Source of the DNA: Eledone cirrhosa
Taxonomy: Eukaryota
Reading direction: 5' to 3'
DNA: 64,000 bases
Assembly (NCBI GenBank): GCA_964016885.1
Contig: OZ024746.1
Coordinates: 86,552,001-86,616,000 of the forward strand
The first letter of the stretch is position 1, and every line of letters starts with the position of its first letter. A program made the position numbers and the translations under genes. Positions 30,151 through 44,520 of the stretch are shown here, piece by piece. The notes below the pieces were generated by a model. It was not told the DNA's origin. It saw only the letters and a list, made by a program, of their open reading frames with translations, and searched no databases.

Positions 30151-30550
30151 CTACCCATATCTTAATTTTTCTGTAGAGGTAGAATTGACCCCAGTACTGG
30201 ACTGGGACTTTTTTATCGACCTCGAAAGGAGGAAAGGCAAAGTTGACCACCACCGGATTTGAACTTGGAGCACGCAATGAGGTGGGGCGAATACCGTAAA
30301 GCATTCTATCCGACGTCTTAACCACTCTGCTACTTTGTCGCCTGTACACATCTGCTTATACACCTATATAGATAGATATAGATGTTATTAATTAGGCATT
30401 TTAAGATGATTATTCAAATTAGTACCAGATACTGTAAGGGAAGTAGACTGTAGAAGTTATCATAAGAAATGTAAGCTCTAGAACCAAGTTTAAATAATTT
30501 CGTAGAGAGAATTTACTTGAATACCAGTCAACCAAAACACTTCTATATAC

Positions 30551-30581
<31 letters not shown>

Positions 30582-30624
30582 TGTATGTATGTATGTATGT
30601 ATGTATGTTGACTTGTTCTTCTTT

Positions 30625-30926
30625 TTGGTAAATATCATCTTGGTTAAGAGAGTGGGATTGGCTTTGTGCAGTGCCTTTGTCCACTATACAAGCTTCACGG
30701 CACAGGCATTGCTTTATATCTGGAGATCTCTCTGCACTTGTCGTCACATGGTACCATGGGCTCAGCACTATGTCAATAATTGTCACAAGTGTAGTGTTTG
30801 TACCAGAGTTTTCAAGTCGCTGGCTGGACTAAAAAAGTCACACTCGTTCAGCGCATCGGTAGGGGTTCTCCTACATGAATATAAAGTAGTGGCCGTACTC
30901 GAAAACGAGTTGGCAGCCACCACGAT
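30625..30926 (+). mobile_element. Bipartite RTE-derived element (5' UTR-like domain plus C2H2-type C-terminus and tail) inside (TATG)n
   Basis: CHKCSVCTRVFKSLAGLK and the tail GGCCGTACTCGAAAACGAGTTGGCAGCCA. Confidence 0.6.
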
Positions 30927-31622
30927 GTATGTATGTATGTAAGTATGTCGGGTCACTCTTGAGTGCTACTGGTAACATGTAACCCAGTACAACCTGTCGC
31001 ATGGTCGGGTCGTCGGCGACTAAACCGGCAACCCCACCAAGTTTACCTGGTGAGGAGGGTGATTTTGGACACGCTGCAGGACAAAAAACAAAACCTGACA
31101 AAAGGCGGAAGAACTCATAAGAGTCAACGGCCATCCAAAAGTGTGTAAATATGTATATACACATGTACCACACGGTTAAACCACTGGGAGTGAAGGAACC
31201 CTAGCCTTTGTCAGGGCATTCTTCTAGGAGAAGGCAACTCAGGAAACTGGGATAACTCCGATATAAAACTTGCGGCTCAGTAGTTACCGATGATGTTGAT
31301 ATTTTCTTCTTTTCGGGTTATAGCTACTGTCGCTCAGAGAGTGGGATGGGCTCAGTGCACAGTCTTTCCTCACTTTAAAAAAATATCTTCACGCACAAGC
31401 ATTGCACGATAGAATTACTTAATTGTTTCTACTTTTGGCACAAGGCCAGCAATTACCCAGTGTATTACTTGTGCTTTATTTTATCGACCCCGTAAGGATG
31501 AAAGGCAAAGTTAACCTCGGCGGGATTTGAACTCAGAATGGCAAGGGCCGTAACTCTATGCGTCAAAGCATGGCGTCCGACCCTCTACCTATACTGCCAA
31601 TCCAAGAATTAATTAATAATTA

Positions 31623-31666
<44 letters not shown>

Positions 31667-31680
31667 GTATATATATGTAT

Positions 31681-31849
<169 letters not shown>

Positions 31850-31851
31850 TG

Positions 31852-31940
<89 letters not shown>

Positions 31941-31990
31941 TAATTATATAGCAGAAACACACACACGCAGAAACACACACACACGCCCAT

Positions 31991-32127
<137 letters not shown>

Positions 32128-32627
32128 GTGTATGTGTGTGTGTATGGGCGTGTGTGTGTGTTTCTGCGTGTGTGTGTTTCTGCTATATGAATGAAAGAAT
32201 TGTGTGTATGTGTATGTGTCTGTGTGAGTGTGTGTGTCTGTGTGTGCGTATGTGTGTATGTGTGTATGTGTTTGTGCCTGTGTGTGTGTATGTGCGTCTG
32301 TGTGTGTATGTGTGTGTGTATGTGCGTGTGTGTGTGTTTCTGCGTGTGTGTGTTTAAGACTATACAGAGCATTTGATGTTTTTCCAAATTGAAGGATAAG
32401 TATTTTAAACTTTATTTTATCATGAGTTAAGGGTCTATTGATTTTTCCCTGGATTTCACTAAATTCTGTGGATGAATTTGTATCCTGATTCTCTTTTGAG
32501 ATGAGTTTGAATTATTTTTCCTAAATCTTACGTTAACTACTTTTCCCATCTTGACGACATAGTCGCATATATGTTATATGTTATAGAATACTATTAGCTT
32601 CTCGCTAAAACAATTTCTATACCTTTC

Positions 32628-32667
<40 letters not shown>

Positions 32668-33144
32668 CTCTGCTTAGTACACCACTGGAAACTACGCATC
32701 GGGTGCTCACTCTGGTAAACCTACAGTAATTTGACGTTAAAATCCCTAAACTACACACAGACACACACACGCACGCACGCCCCCCCCCCCCCCCACACAC
32801 ATACATATATATATATAATTTCTTAATTCTTTCTAAATACACAATTCTGATTATACAGTCCCGTGTAAGGAAACAACGATTTTCCTTCAATTTCAAAAGC
32901 ATTCATGTTGGCGGCTATAAGTTGAGAGCAATTCTTTCCATTATTAGAATGTGTAACATTGATATGATTTTGACAAGAGACAAAGCTGTTTGAATGCGAT
33001 GCTTTTGGGCTACCGTTGTTAATGCACGCACTCTAATTAGTTAAACGTTTCCCAACCCAATAAAATATCTAAGGCAGAGAAATGATCTAATGCAACTCAA
33101 TACAATATATTCTTTAGAAATGCTGTACATTTTCACGGGGCCTG

Positions 33145-33182
33145 CATTCTTTCATTCATATAGCAGAAACACACAGACGCAG

Positions 33183-33256
<74 letters not shown>

Positions 33257-35230
33257 ACACACACACACACATACACACAGAGACGCACATACGCACACAC
33301 AAACACAGGCACAGACACATATACACACACACATACACACATACGCACACACAGACACACACACTCACACAGACACATACACATACACACAATTCTTTCA
33401 TTCATATAGCAGAAACACACACACACACACAAACACAGGCACAGACACATATACACACACACATACACATATACGCACACACAGACACACACACTCACAC
33501 AGACACATACACATACACACAATTCTTTCATTCATATAGCAGAAACACACACACGCAGAAACACACGTACACACACGCACATACACACACATATACACAT
33601 ACACACACAGACGCACATACACACACACAGACACATACACACATACACACATACACACATACACATACACAGACACACACACTCACACAGGAACACACAC
33701 ATACACACAATTCTTTCATTCATATAGCAGAAACACACACACGCAGAAACACACACACACACACACGCACATACACACACACACACATACACACACAGAC
33801 GCACATACACACACACACACAGGTACAGACACATACACACATTACACAAATACGCACACACAGACACACACACTCACACAGACATACACATACACACAAT
33901 TCTTTCATTCATATAGCAGAAACACACACACGCAGAAACACACACACACGCACATACACACACACATACACGCACAGACGCACATACACACACACAGACA
34001 CAAACACATATACACATACACACATACGCACACACAGACACACACACTCACACAGGCGCACACACATACACACAATTCTTTCATTCATATAGCAGAAACA
34101 CACACACACACAAACACAGGCACAGACACATATACACACACACATACACACATACGCACACACAGACACACACACTCACACAGACACATACACATACACA
34201 CAATTCTTTCATTCATATAGCAGAAACACACACACACACAAACACAGGCACAGACACATATACACACAGACACATACACATATACGCACACACAGACACA
34301 CACACTCACACAGACACATACACATACACACAATTCTTTCATTCATATAGCAGAAACACACACACGCAGAAACACACGTACACACACGCACATACACACA
34401 CATATACACATACACACACAGACGCACATACACACACACAGACACATACACACATACACACATACACACATACACACACACAGACACACACACTCACACA
34501 GGAACACACACATACACACAATTCTTTCATTCATATAGCAGAAACACACACACGCAGAAACACACACACACACGCACATACACACACACACACATACACA
34601 CACAGACGCACATACACACACACACACAGGCACATACACATACACACATACACACATACGCACACACAGACACACACAATCACACAGACATACACATACA
34701 CACAATTCTTTCATTCATATAGCAGAAACACACACACGCAGAAACACACACACACGCACATACACGCACAGACGCACATACACACACACAGACACAAACA
34801 CATACACACATACACACATACGCACACACAGACACACACACTCACACAGACACATACACACAATTCTTTCATTCATATAGCAGAAACACACACACGCAGA
34901 AACACACACACACGCACATACACATACACATACACACACAGACGCACATACACACACACACAGACACAAACACATACACACATACACACATACGCACACA
35001 CAGACACACACACTCACACAGACACATACACATACACACAATTCTTTCATTCATATAGCAGAAAGACACACACGCAGAAACACACACACACACGCCCATA
35101 CACACACACATACACACACAAACGCACATACACACACACAGACACAGGCACATATACACATACACACATACACACATACACGCATACAGACACACACACT
35201 CACACACATACACACATACACACGCTTACT
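33145..35230 (+). repeat. CA-rich compound minisatellite, 12 units of ~130-240 bp
   Basis: Recurrent anchor ATTCTTTCATTCATATAGCAGAAAC; inverted unit at 32130-32352 and partial unit at 31947-32005. Confidence 0.9.
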
Positions 35231-35347
35231 TACACAAACATACACACCCACATACCCCCCCCCCCCATATATATATATATATATATAGGAACCAGTAAGA
35301 CCCCGACAGCTGAGCTCAAGCCGTTTCGACGGCTAATTCTGGACATA

Positions 35348-35547
35348 TACAAATGAATATATGATAGGGATAAACACTAATACAAGTATATAAGTGTTTC
35401 TATTGCAAATGACCAAGTTAGCTAGATTGAAAAATACTAATAAAATTAATTAAATTTAATTAGTATTTTTCAATCTAGCTAACTTGGTCATTTGCAATAC
35501 AAACACTTATATACTTGTATCAGTGTTTATCATATATTCATTTGTAT
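35348..35547. repeat. ~200-bp palindrome
   Basis: TACAAATGAATATATGATA..TTGCAAATGACCAAGTTAGCTAGATTGAAAAATACTAAT / reverse complement. Confidence 0.9.
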
Positions 35548-36089
35548 TACACGGCTCAGAAATATCTCTTTCTTTGAGCTATTTAATTGTAAAAGACTGT
35601 TTGAGTTTATAACTCTATATATAATATATATATATATATAGTTATTTATGATCATACACAGAACAAAAAGCGCTACCTTAGGTTCCAAGGTTCATTTGTG
35701 GCCATTTCCTCATATAATTGTTTCTACTTTAGGCACAAGGCCAGCAAATACCCAGTGCATTACTGGTACTTTATTTTATCGACCCCGTAAGGATGAAAGG
35801 CAAAGTCAGCCTCGCCTCATATAATGAATATAAGTGCAGAATGCACGTAGGAGCGATCAAATAGGTGATCTAGTCACTAGGCAGAGGACGAATATGAAGA
35901 TATCGTTAAAGGTGTAGCGCTACGAAGTTAGCTTTGCCTTTCATCCATACGGGGGTCGATAAAATAAAGTACCAGTAATGCACTGGGATAATTGCTGGCC
36001 TTGTGCCAAAAGTAGGAACAATTGTTGACGTACTTGTATTTCTCTTGTCTATATATCTTTCTAAGTAAACACACAAACACACATATAAA

Positions 36090-36535
36090 GCGGTGGATTG
36101 GCAGTATCGGTAGAACGTCGGACGCCATGCATTGCAGCATAGAGTAACTCCCCTTTACGGTCTGAGTTCAAATCCCGCCGAGGCTAACTTTGCCTTTCAT
36201 CCTTACGGGGGTCGATAAAATGAAGTACTGGGATAATTGCTGGCCTTGTGCCAAAAGTAGAAACAATTATTTACGTACTAGCTGACCCCGTGTTGTAAAG
36301 AATGACAGCTTATTGTAATATGTACACATAGGGCGGTGGATTGGCAGTATCGGTATTGTTGCAGCATAGAGTTACGGTCCTTTATGATCAGAGTTCAAAT
36401 CCTGCAGAGGTTAACTTTGCCTTTCATCCTTACGGGGTCGATAAAATAAAGCAGCATTAACGCACTGGGGTTGATTTAATCGACTTTCCCCTCCCCCCAA
36501 ATTACTGGCCTTGTGCCAATACTAGAAACCATTGT
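36090..36535 (+). mobile_element. tRNA-derived SINEs with Nin/Deu-type central domain (two copies)
   Basis: GAGTTCAAATCC B box plus AACTTTGCCTTTCATCCTTACGGGGTCGATAAAATAAAGTACCAG; other copies at ~6345, 30175(-), 31420(-), 35715(-), 35925, 43340(-), 44710(-) and 46400. Confidence 0.8.
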
Positions 36536-36954
36536 AATATGTATACATAATATAAAAAAAAAATGTTTGTTTGTTTGTTGGTTGGTTGGTTCTTTTGCGC
36601 TCACTCACACAAGTGATACAAACATACTAACACGCAGACAATGTGTGTAGCAAAATCGGTACATCCACACACACACACAAGTGTGACGAATCTTAGAACG
36701 CGGGACATCTATATTTTCTCACCTCCTCCTTTCTCAGTCATCACATAGATGTGTGTGTATGTAATAATTCTTTTTTTCTAAATGTGTCTGTTTATATATA
36801 TGTATATGTAGATTCATGTGTGTTTGTAATTCCATTTTCTATGTACCTTTCTAAGTAAACACACAAACACACATATGCACTCACACAAATATCATATATC
36901 AATATAATTTACATAAACACACGTATACACACACACAAACACTCACATACTCAT

Positions 36955-37740
36955 AACGCACTTGGGATGCCATCCAGTGCAGCCTGGCCTCAGACAGGCT
37001 CACGCGCCAGCTCGACCAGCACCACCTTGCTTGTTTTCGTGCAGCCTCCAAACCCCGCAGTGGAGCCAGGCTCCATGCACTGCCCTCCTTCTCCACTGGC
37101 ACGCAGCTAGACAACCATAGCCTGCGAATCGGCGTTTCCCTGAGGCTCGGCCTCCGGATCTGCCAGTCATACCAATGTCGCTGCGGTTCCACCGTGGACC
37201 CTTTCGGTCTCCACCCGCTTTCCTGTCGCAACAGAGCCGGCCGCATTCAACGCCATGCTGCCCTCAACGAGGTCATTAAGCATGGCTTGCAGCTTCCCTT
37301 CCCAGCTCGAGCCGGTGGGGCTGGATCGAGGGGACGGCAAAAGGCCAGATGGCATGACCATCTTCCCGTTCCGCGGTGGCAAACCCCTCGTCTGGGATAC
37401 CACTTGCACCGACACTTTCTGCAGCCGCAACCTGGTGCAGTCTGCGACTGACCCAGGTTCTGCTGCACGTCGGGCTGAGGGGGCCAAACTCCTCAAATAC
37501 CGGTCGCTCTCCGAAGGTTTGCGGTCGTACTCCTGGCAGTGGAGACTTCTGGCGTCCTTGGCCCCAGGGCTACCTCCTTACTCACCACCATATGCGCTGA
37601 GCTGGCCAGTCGCAGGTGTGAGGTTCGCGAGTTGGAGTGGCTTTTCCAGAGCGTCTCCCTTGCCGTCCTCCGGGGAAACGCCTTCTCCATTTTGTCCGCC
37701 GAGGCTGTGGGTGGGCCCCATCGCGTACCGTTGTAGTTGT
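36955..37740 (+). pseudogene. CRE-clade non-LTR retrotransposon C-terminus (zinc knuckle plus restriction-like endonuclease), frameshifted
   Basis: CRCGSTVDPFGLHPLSC..RHAALN; EPVGLDRGDGKRPDGMTIFPFRGGKPLVWDTTC; VETSGVLGP; LFQSVSLAVLRGNA. Confidence 0.9.
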
Positions 37741-37927
37741 TGTATACAGATATTAACTCATCAATCCCATTGTCCTCATCCATAAACGTAGATATGCCGA
37801 TTACACCCCATAACAATACATATATATGTCCCTAATATATATTTAATGATATCATAACAACCAAAGTGTGTAGCCAATTCTCTATACATATAGACACACA
37901 CAAATGTAGCAAATATTGGAAGCTGCC

Positions 37928-38180
37928 ACCTTTTCTTCCTAAGTCGACGTTATTACCCCTTTCCTCCTAAGTCGAGTTTATCACCCCTTCCTTCCTAAGT
38001 CGATGTTATCACCCCTTCCTTCCTAAGTCAACAGAATCACCCCTTCCTTTCTCGGTCGACGTTATCACCCCTTCCTTTCTCAGTCGACGTTATCACCCCT
38101 TCCTTCCTAAGTCGATGTTATCACCCTTTCTTTTCTCAGTCGACATGATCATCCCTTCCTTTCTCAGGCGACGTTATCAC
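37928..38180 (+). repeat. 28-bp minisatellite, ~9 copies
   Basis: Unit ~CACCCCTTCCTTCCTAAGTCGACGTTAT. Confidence 0.9.
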
Positions 38181-39242
38181 TTGTGACGGACAAATACACA
38201 AGCGTATTATATATTAATGGATTATAATAAAGGGAAATAACTCATAAGAAAAACAGAGTACGAGCTGCCGTGATTACTTCTACGTCTTGCCCACCCCTAT
38301 CGACGCGAAAGAAAGGACGGTGATTTTTGTACGACAGAAGTGTTGGAAATTATGACCGGGAAAAATTCATTGCCCTCTAAACAGGTTAGAATATTTAATT
38401 GTAAACATAAATACCTAAAAACTTTATTTAGATATAGTCCAAGCTAAGCTGTAATTTGATCTTATGAATCTACATACATTTTCATACGAACTTCATATCT
38501 TTTGACTGGCGGAATTTCATGACAAAGAGGACTGGCGCCAAATAAATATTACAATATCTGTGATCATGAATAATCTTTTCATCTCTAATGTTTATCTTCT
38601 CCTCTATTTAGTATGTTAGCCCTTAAATCATACAGGCATCCTGGAATGGATTTCACGTTTAGCTTCCTTTCATGACAATAGCCACTCCCATTTCCTAAAA
38701 TGGTCTTCTTTGAACTATAGCAAATATTCCTTTCAACCAATAACATTTCGTACTCCAGCAGTGCCATGAATACTAGAATCCCATTGGCTATTATTCACTT
38801 TGCTTCGTCTTCCTTCCCTTTCTACACAAACATTCCTAAAAAAATATTTATACATTATTTCATTCACCTTTGAAGATTTGCCGAGCACTGACAAAAGTGA
38901 GTGAATCTAAAAAAATATTTTCTATATATATCTCTCGTCGATGATTACACAATTGGCAAGGAAACACATTTTAGATTATTTAATCAAATACATCTTTCTT
39001 CGAATTTCTTGTCACTTCTTATCTGTTTTATTTTCTAAAATAATATATATATATATATTATGTTTTCATTTTTTATTTCCTTTTTTAACGTTCCCTTACT
39101 AATCTTCGGAATTTCTGTTCTCTCCCATCCGAACTTTCCTGATGAAGGACATTTCTCCGGAACGTCGAAAGGTCCTCCACTTCCACCAAGCGTGAACCTA
39201 ATATAACTGTGTAAAATTGCCTGCTGTGTTTTGTGGTGAAAT

Positions 39243-39825
<583 letters not shown>

Positions 39826-39989
39826 AGAACGAGTAGGACCCCGACGGCTGAGCTCAAGCCGTTTCGACGGCTAATTCTGGACTAAAAAAAAAAAAAAAAT
39901 ACTCGTTCTTATTACCCACTCTACTACCCTAAGTATTGAGTACTTTGGTGCGTTATGGTCCACCTGGTTCCTTACCACATTTCCTTCGT

Positions 39990-40021
<32 letters not shown>

Positions 40022-40158
40022 CGTGTGTGCGTATCCCGGGTTCAATCGGAGGTAACCATTGTAAGTAAGCTACCCAATACATAACAGAATATTAGATTTT
40101 AAAAATATAGAAATGGCTTCTACAGGGCTCTAACTGTTTCATTCGAAGGAAATCATCA

Positions 40159-40244
<86 letters not shown>

Positions 40245-40321
40245 ACCTGTTATTCTTATCTAAAGACATTTTTCCAATTCCATCCCGCCCGTCCCCTCAA
40301 TCTATTTTATTTCTCATTCAT

Positions 40322-40357
40322 TCTTCTGATGAAGGACTAGCCTCCGAAACGTTAAGA
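40322..40357 (+). ncRNA. Minimal type I hammerhead with palindromic ACGT stem III
   Basis: TCTT-CTGATGA-AGGA(ctagcc)TCC-GAA-ACGT-T-AAGA; relatives at 57719-57754 (ACGC, defective) and 39134-39171 (GGAA, defective). Confidence 0.75.
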
Positions 40358-40439
40358 CCCACTTCCTGCTATATAAAGCTTTAACCTAATATATACCTTC
40401 CATATACTCTACCGATTGTGTTGTTATTTGTATTTACCT

Positions 40440-40471
<32 letters not shown>

Positions 40472-40502
40472 CATACATACATACATACATACATACATAC
40501 AT

Positions 40503-40988
40503 AGACAGATGGCACTAAGGAATACTGGTGGAACCTGAAAATAAAAACTGCCATCAAATTAAAGCACAACCGGCCTGATATCGTTGTTTGTGACCACACA
40601 TTGAAAACGTGTTCTGTTGTGGAGATCAGCTGCCCACTTGATGTAAACGATGTGAGAAAAATACAAGAGAAGGAGGACATCTACGGACCATTGATGAGGA
40701 GTTTACAAATCCAGTATCCAAGATACACCTTTAGCTTCGTACCCATCATTATTGGAGCTACGGGTTATATACCAACCCGCTTGGACCAATGTATGACTGA
40801 ACTTGGATTTACGGACAAAAAGCGCAGCTCCCTAATTCATAGTCTACAAATGGCTGCGATAGCTGGCACCTTCAAAATTTGCAAAACATTCTTGCGATTC
40901 AAGGGATGACAATTTCTTTTCTTTTACAACCTTGCCACCAGGAAGGTGGCCGGTCAAAAAAATATACTCGAAATTAAGAGAAAGAGAT
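40503..40988 (+). pseudogene. R4/Dong-clade non-LTR element 3' end (RLE) inserted in (TACA)n
   Basis: YWWNLKIKTAIKLKHNRPDIVV..VVEISCPLD..EKEDIYGPL..VPIIIGATG is an open frame ending at 40909. Confidence 0.85.
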
Positions 40989-40993
40989 ATACA

Positions 40994-41024
<31 letters not shown>

Positions 41025-41029
<5 letters not shown>

Positions 41030-41570
41030 TGAATTAAAAAATAGAACAAGGAACCAGGACTATTCATCATCAGTGATCTTCTGGCCATCATAGGTATTTC
41101 TTAGCATTAAAGATCAGATACCTCAGGCCAGCGCGAACAATAACTAAAATAAGTTATTGGGATAAAAAGAATTGGGTGGAGAAAGAGAGACATGTAAACA
41201 ACTCTCTGCTACTCCTCCTCTCTCACTTCCTCCCGTCCGGCACCGTGTGAAATTCTTTTCTCGCTCACATTTCGCATGGCTAAGATGTGACTTTCGTCTT
41301 CTCGTCAATGATTCGCTAGATCTTATGTTCACATGTATCACTGAATTGTTTTCTCATTTTTCCTCTCTTGACGTTGCCTCACCATTCTTGTTTGTTTACA
41401 TGTCTCTCTTTCTCCACCCAATTCTTTTTATCCCAATAACTTATTTTAGTTATGTGTTCGCGCTGGCCTGAGGTATATGATTTTTAATGCGAAGAAATAC
41501 CCATGAGGCCAGAAGATCACTGATGATGGATAGTTCTGGCTTCTCGTCCTATTTTTTAATTCATATGTAT
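41025..41570. mobile_element. Repeat element (family E) with an inverted 3' duplicate carrying a pseudoknotted hammerhead-like RNA
   Basis: Arms 41025-41200(-) and 41385-41570(+); divergent homologue at 56235-56760(-). Confidence 0.75.
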
Positions 41571-41605
41571 CACATTCGCAACAACGCAGTACGCCATTTC
41601 TCATT

Positions 41606-41685
<80 letters not shown>

Positions 41686-42051
41686 TATAGATAAATGTAT
41701 GCATAAATATTTACATTTATATATATGTGGGGTGTCCGTGATGCTAAAACCAGAAGGACCCCAAAATCAGTGTAGTACTCGATGCAAGATGAGATGCAGA
41801 GTACATATATTGAAGAGGTTGTACACCAGCGGCGAACACCAGACGTTTCAAATTGAGCGTCACAATCATTTACTAGGGTAAAACTGTGGAAGTGAAGTAG
41901 AAACAACCAGCTGTTGAAAGTCTACTCTTCAACATTTACTCTGCCCCCACACCACACACATACACACACAATACACACTCATACACACACACAAACATAC
42001 AAATAAATATATAAACATAATATATATATAAGTATAAACACTCACACACAT

Positions 42052-42083
<32 letters not shown>

Positions 42084-42097
42084 TATATATATATATA

Positions 42098-42570
<473 letters not shown>

Positions 42571-43162
42571 TCTCCACAAAATTCTCAATGAGTATTTATT
42601 TTAGCCAACGGCAACCTGGCAGTTTTCTTTCTGCGTAAAATTCTAATGCGCACTTAAGTTTCACTATAATTCTTAACAAAAGACTTTTACATTTCCGACA
42701 AGAAATTTGAATGCAAATATAATCTCTTTTCAAAGATGTTTGAATAACAACTACTATGAAATTATTAAAGAAATTGTATCATGGCGTGTTTCTTCTGCCA
42801 TCCTGTATTTGGATAACATCTTCATTTATAAAATTTAAACTTCTATGCGTTCAATTCTCATGATAGAGCACCCTATATTTTAAGTTTGTAACAGCTTATT
42901 TAATCACGATAAGGAATGTGCTTGCTGCTAATCTTAAAATTCTCCTTTCTCGCTGAATTCCTATTGAATGAGAAGAACCAACTTGGTTACGAGAAGAACC
43001 AGCTTGGCATTTTGATTGCCATTTTAAGCGCGAAGCGACATAGCAAATAAATCAATCATAATAATATGCCAAATGTGTTTGTATATTTATATATATATCT
43101 CCGCTTGTAACACTTAAAAATTTGCATACAAAACATACACCCACATATACACAATGCATTAC

Positions 43163-43238
43163 CTGTAACAGTCTTCTGGCTGCAATAAAAGTTAGCTTTC
43201 TCATTACAAGGTCTTCAGTCCTAGCTTTACTTTTGTTC
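43163..43238 (-). CDS. Candidate 76-nt internal exon of an unidentified host transcript
   Basis: tttacag acceptor, CAG|gtaatg donor, open frame NKSKARTEDLVMRKLTFIAARRLLQ in apparently non-repetitive sequence. Confidence 0.3.
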
Positions 43239-43939
43239 CTGTAAATAGCTATTTCTCAAAATTTACTCATACGTTTAATCCTGTATGTAATTTTCGCATA
43301 TATGCTGAACATTTATGTAATTCGTGAGTTTATATCAAATAATAATTGTTTCTACATTTGGCACAAGGCCAGCAATTATCCCCGTGCATTACTGGTACTT
43401 TATTGTATCGACCCCGTAAGGATTAAAAGCAAAGTTTGAACGCAGAATGTAAAGGGCCATAACTCTATGCGGCAAAGCGTGGTATCTGACGCTCTACCGA
43501 TACTGCCAATCCACCGCATAATAATATTCGTTTCGTTTGCAAACAGACAGTCTCATAACACTATGTGTTTCAGACGACTATCGCTATCCTTTTGTTTTAG
43601 CGGTAGCAGAAAAAACAATCGACAATTGTTTCAGGGTTATTAACCTTTTTCAAGATTGTGTGTCTCTCCATTTCTACCACACACTAGAACAAATTTTGTT
43701 TTTATTTATGTAATTATATCCTATAAATAAATTATCAAAATATTCTACTTATCCTTAATAACTTTCGTGTATCAATAATCACCAGAAACTATCGAGTTTC
43801 TCTTATGCAAACCCTTACTTTATGAAAACTCAAATTCCTCAGTAATCCTGTTATATATGGCATACCAACTCTGAACACCAGACATTTAATACATTGGTCT
43901 GTATTGTCGTCAATATTGATGGCTCGGATCAACGGAATA

Positions 43940-44520
43940 CAAAGGATCTCAAACATATTGGGCCACTTCCCCCCTCCTCACGGCCACGTAATACTCTCAT
44001 CGCACCCCCATTTCCAGAAAGACCTGCTATACACAAATTGTAAATAATATATAATAAATAAAATCGTTAATTTATTTTATTATATTTATCTATAATATGT
44101 ACCAGTTGATATTTAATACACTATTATCTCTGTGGAGGCACGTGGCCTAGTGGTAAGGGTGTTGGATTTATGGTCACAATATAGTGGGTTCGATTCCTGG
44201 GTTGCGTGTTGTGTTCTTGAGCAAAACACTTTATTTCACGTTGCTCCAGTATACTCAGCTGAAAACGAGTACCAGCAATAGCTGGAGGTTTAACTCTGCG
44301 ATGGACTGGCGTCCTGTCCAGGGGGAAGTCTTGTACTCTCAGTCGCTTCACGCCATGAAACCGAGATAAGCACGGACCAAATGAGCCTTCTGGCTTAAGA
44401 CTGCCTTTAGACTTTATATCATCTCTACCCCCTCTCCCATCACCCATTTAAGCACCAGTGCCCCCTGAACCATCTCAACACCCCAGCCCAAGGCGGTAAC
44501 ACACACTTTGAGAATCTCTG
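43940..44520 (+). mobile_element. hAT-type MITE interrupted by a CORE SINE
   Basis: CAAAGGATCTCAAAC...TTTGAGAATCTCTG termini; homologous to 48401-48705. Confidence 0.65.

Noticed and set aside
38585-38830. 60-aa ORF or possible exon in unique sequence
   Set aside because: No recognisable homology and no matched acceptor-donor pair.
41060-41135. Twister, HDV-like, SECIS or C/D snoRNA interpretation of the pseudoknot motif
   Set aside because: The helix order does not fit twister or HDV; there is no SECIS apical context; and the boxes are not in a terminal C...D arrangement.
42903-42925. Kinesin-like HIPYRD peptide on the minus strand
   Set aside because: It is followed immediately by a stop, with no SKLT continuation, and is out of phase with the candidate upstream exon.
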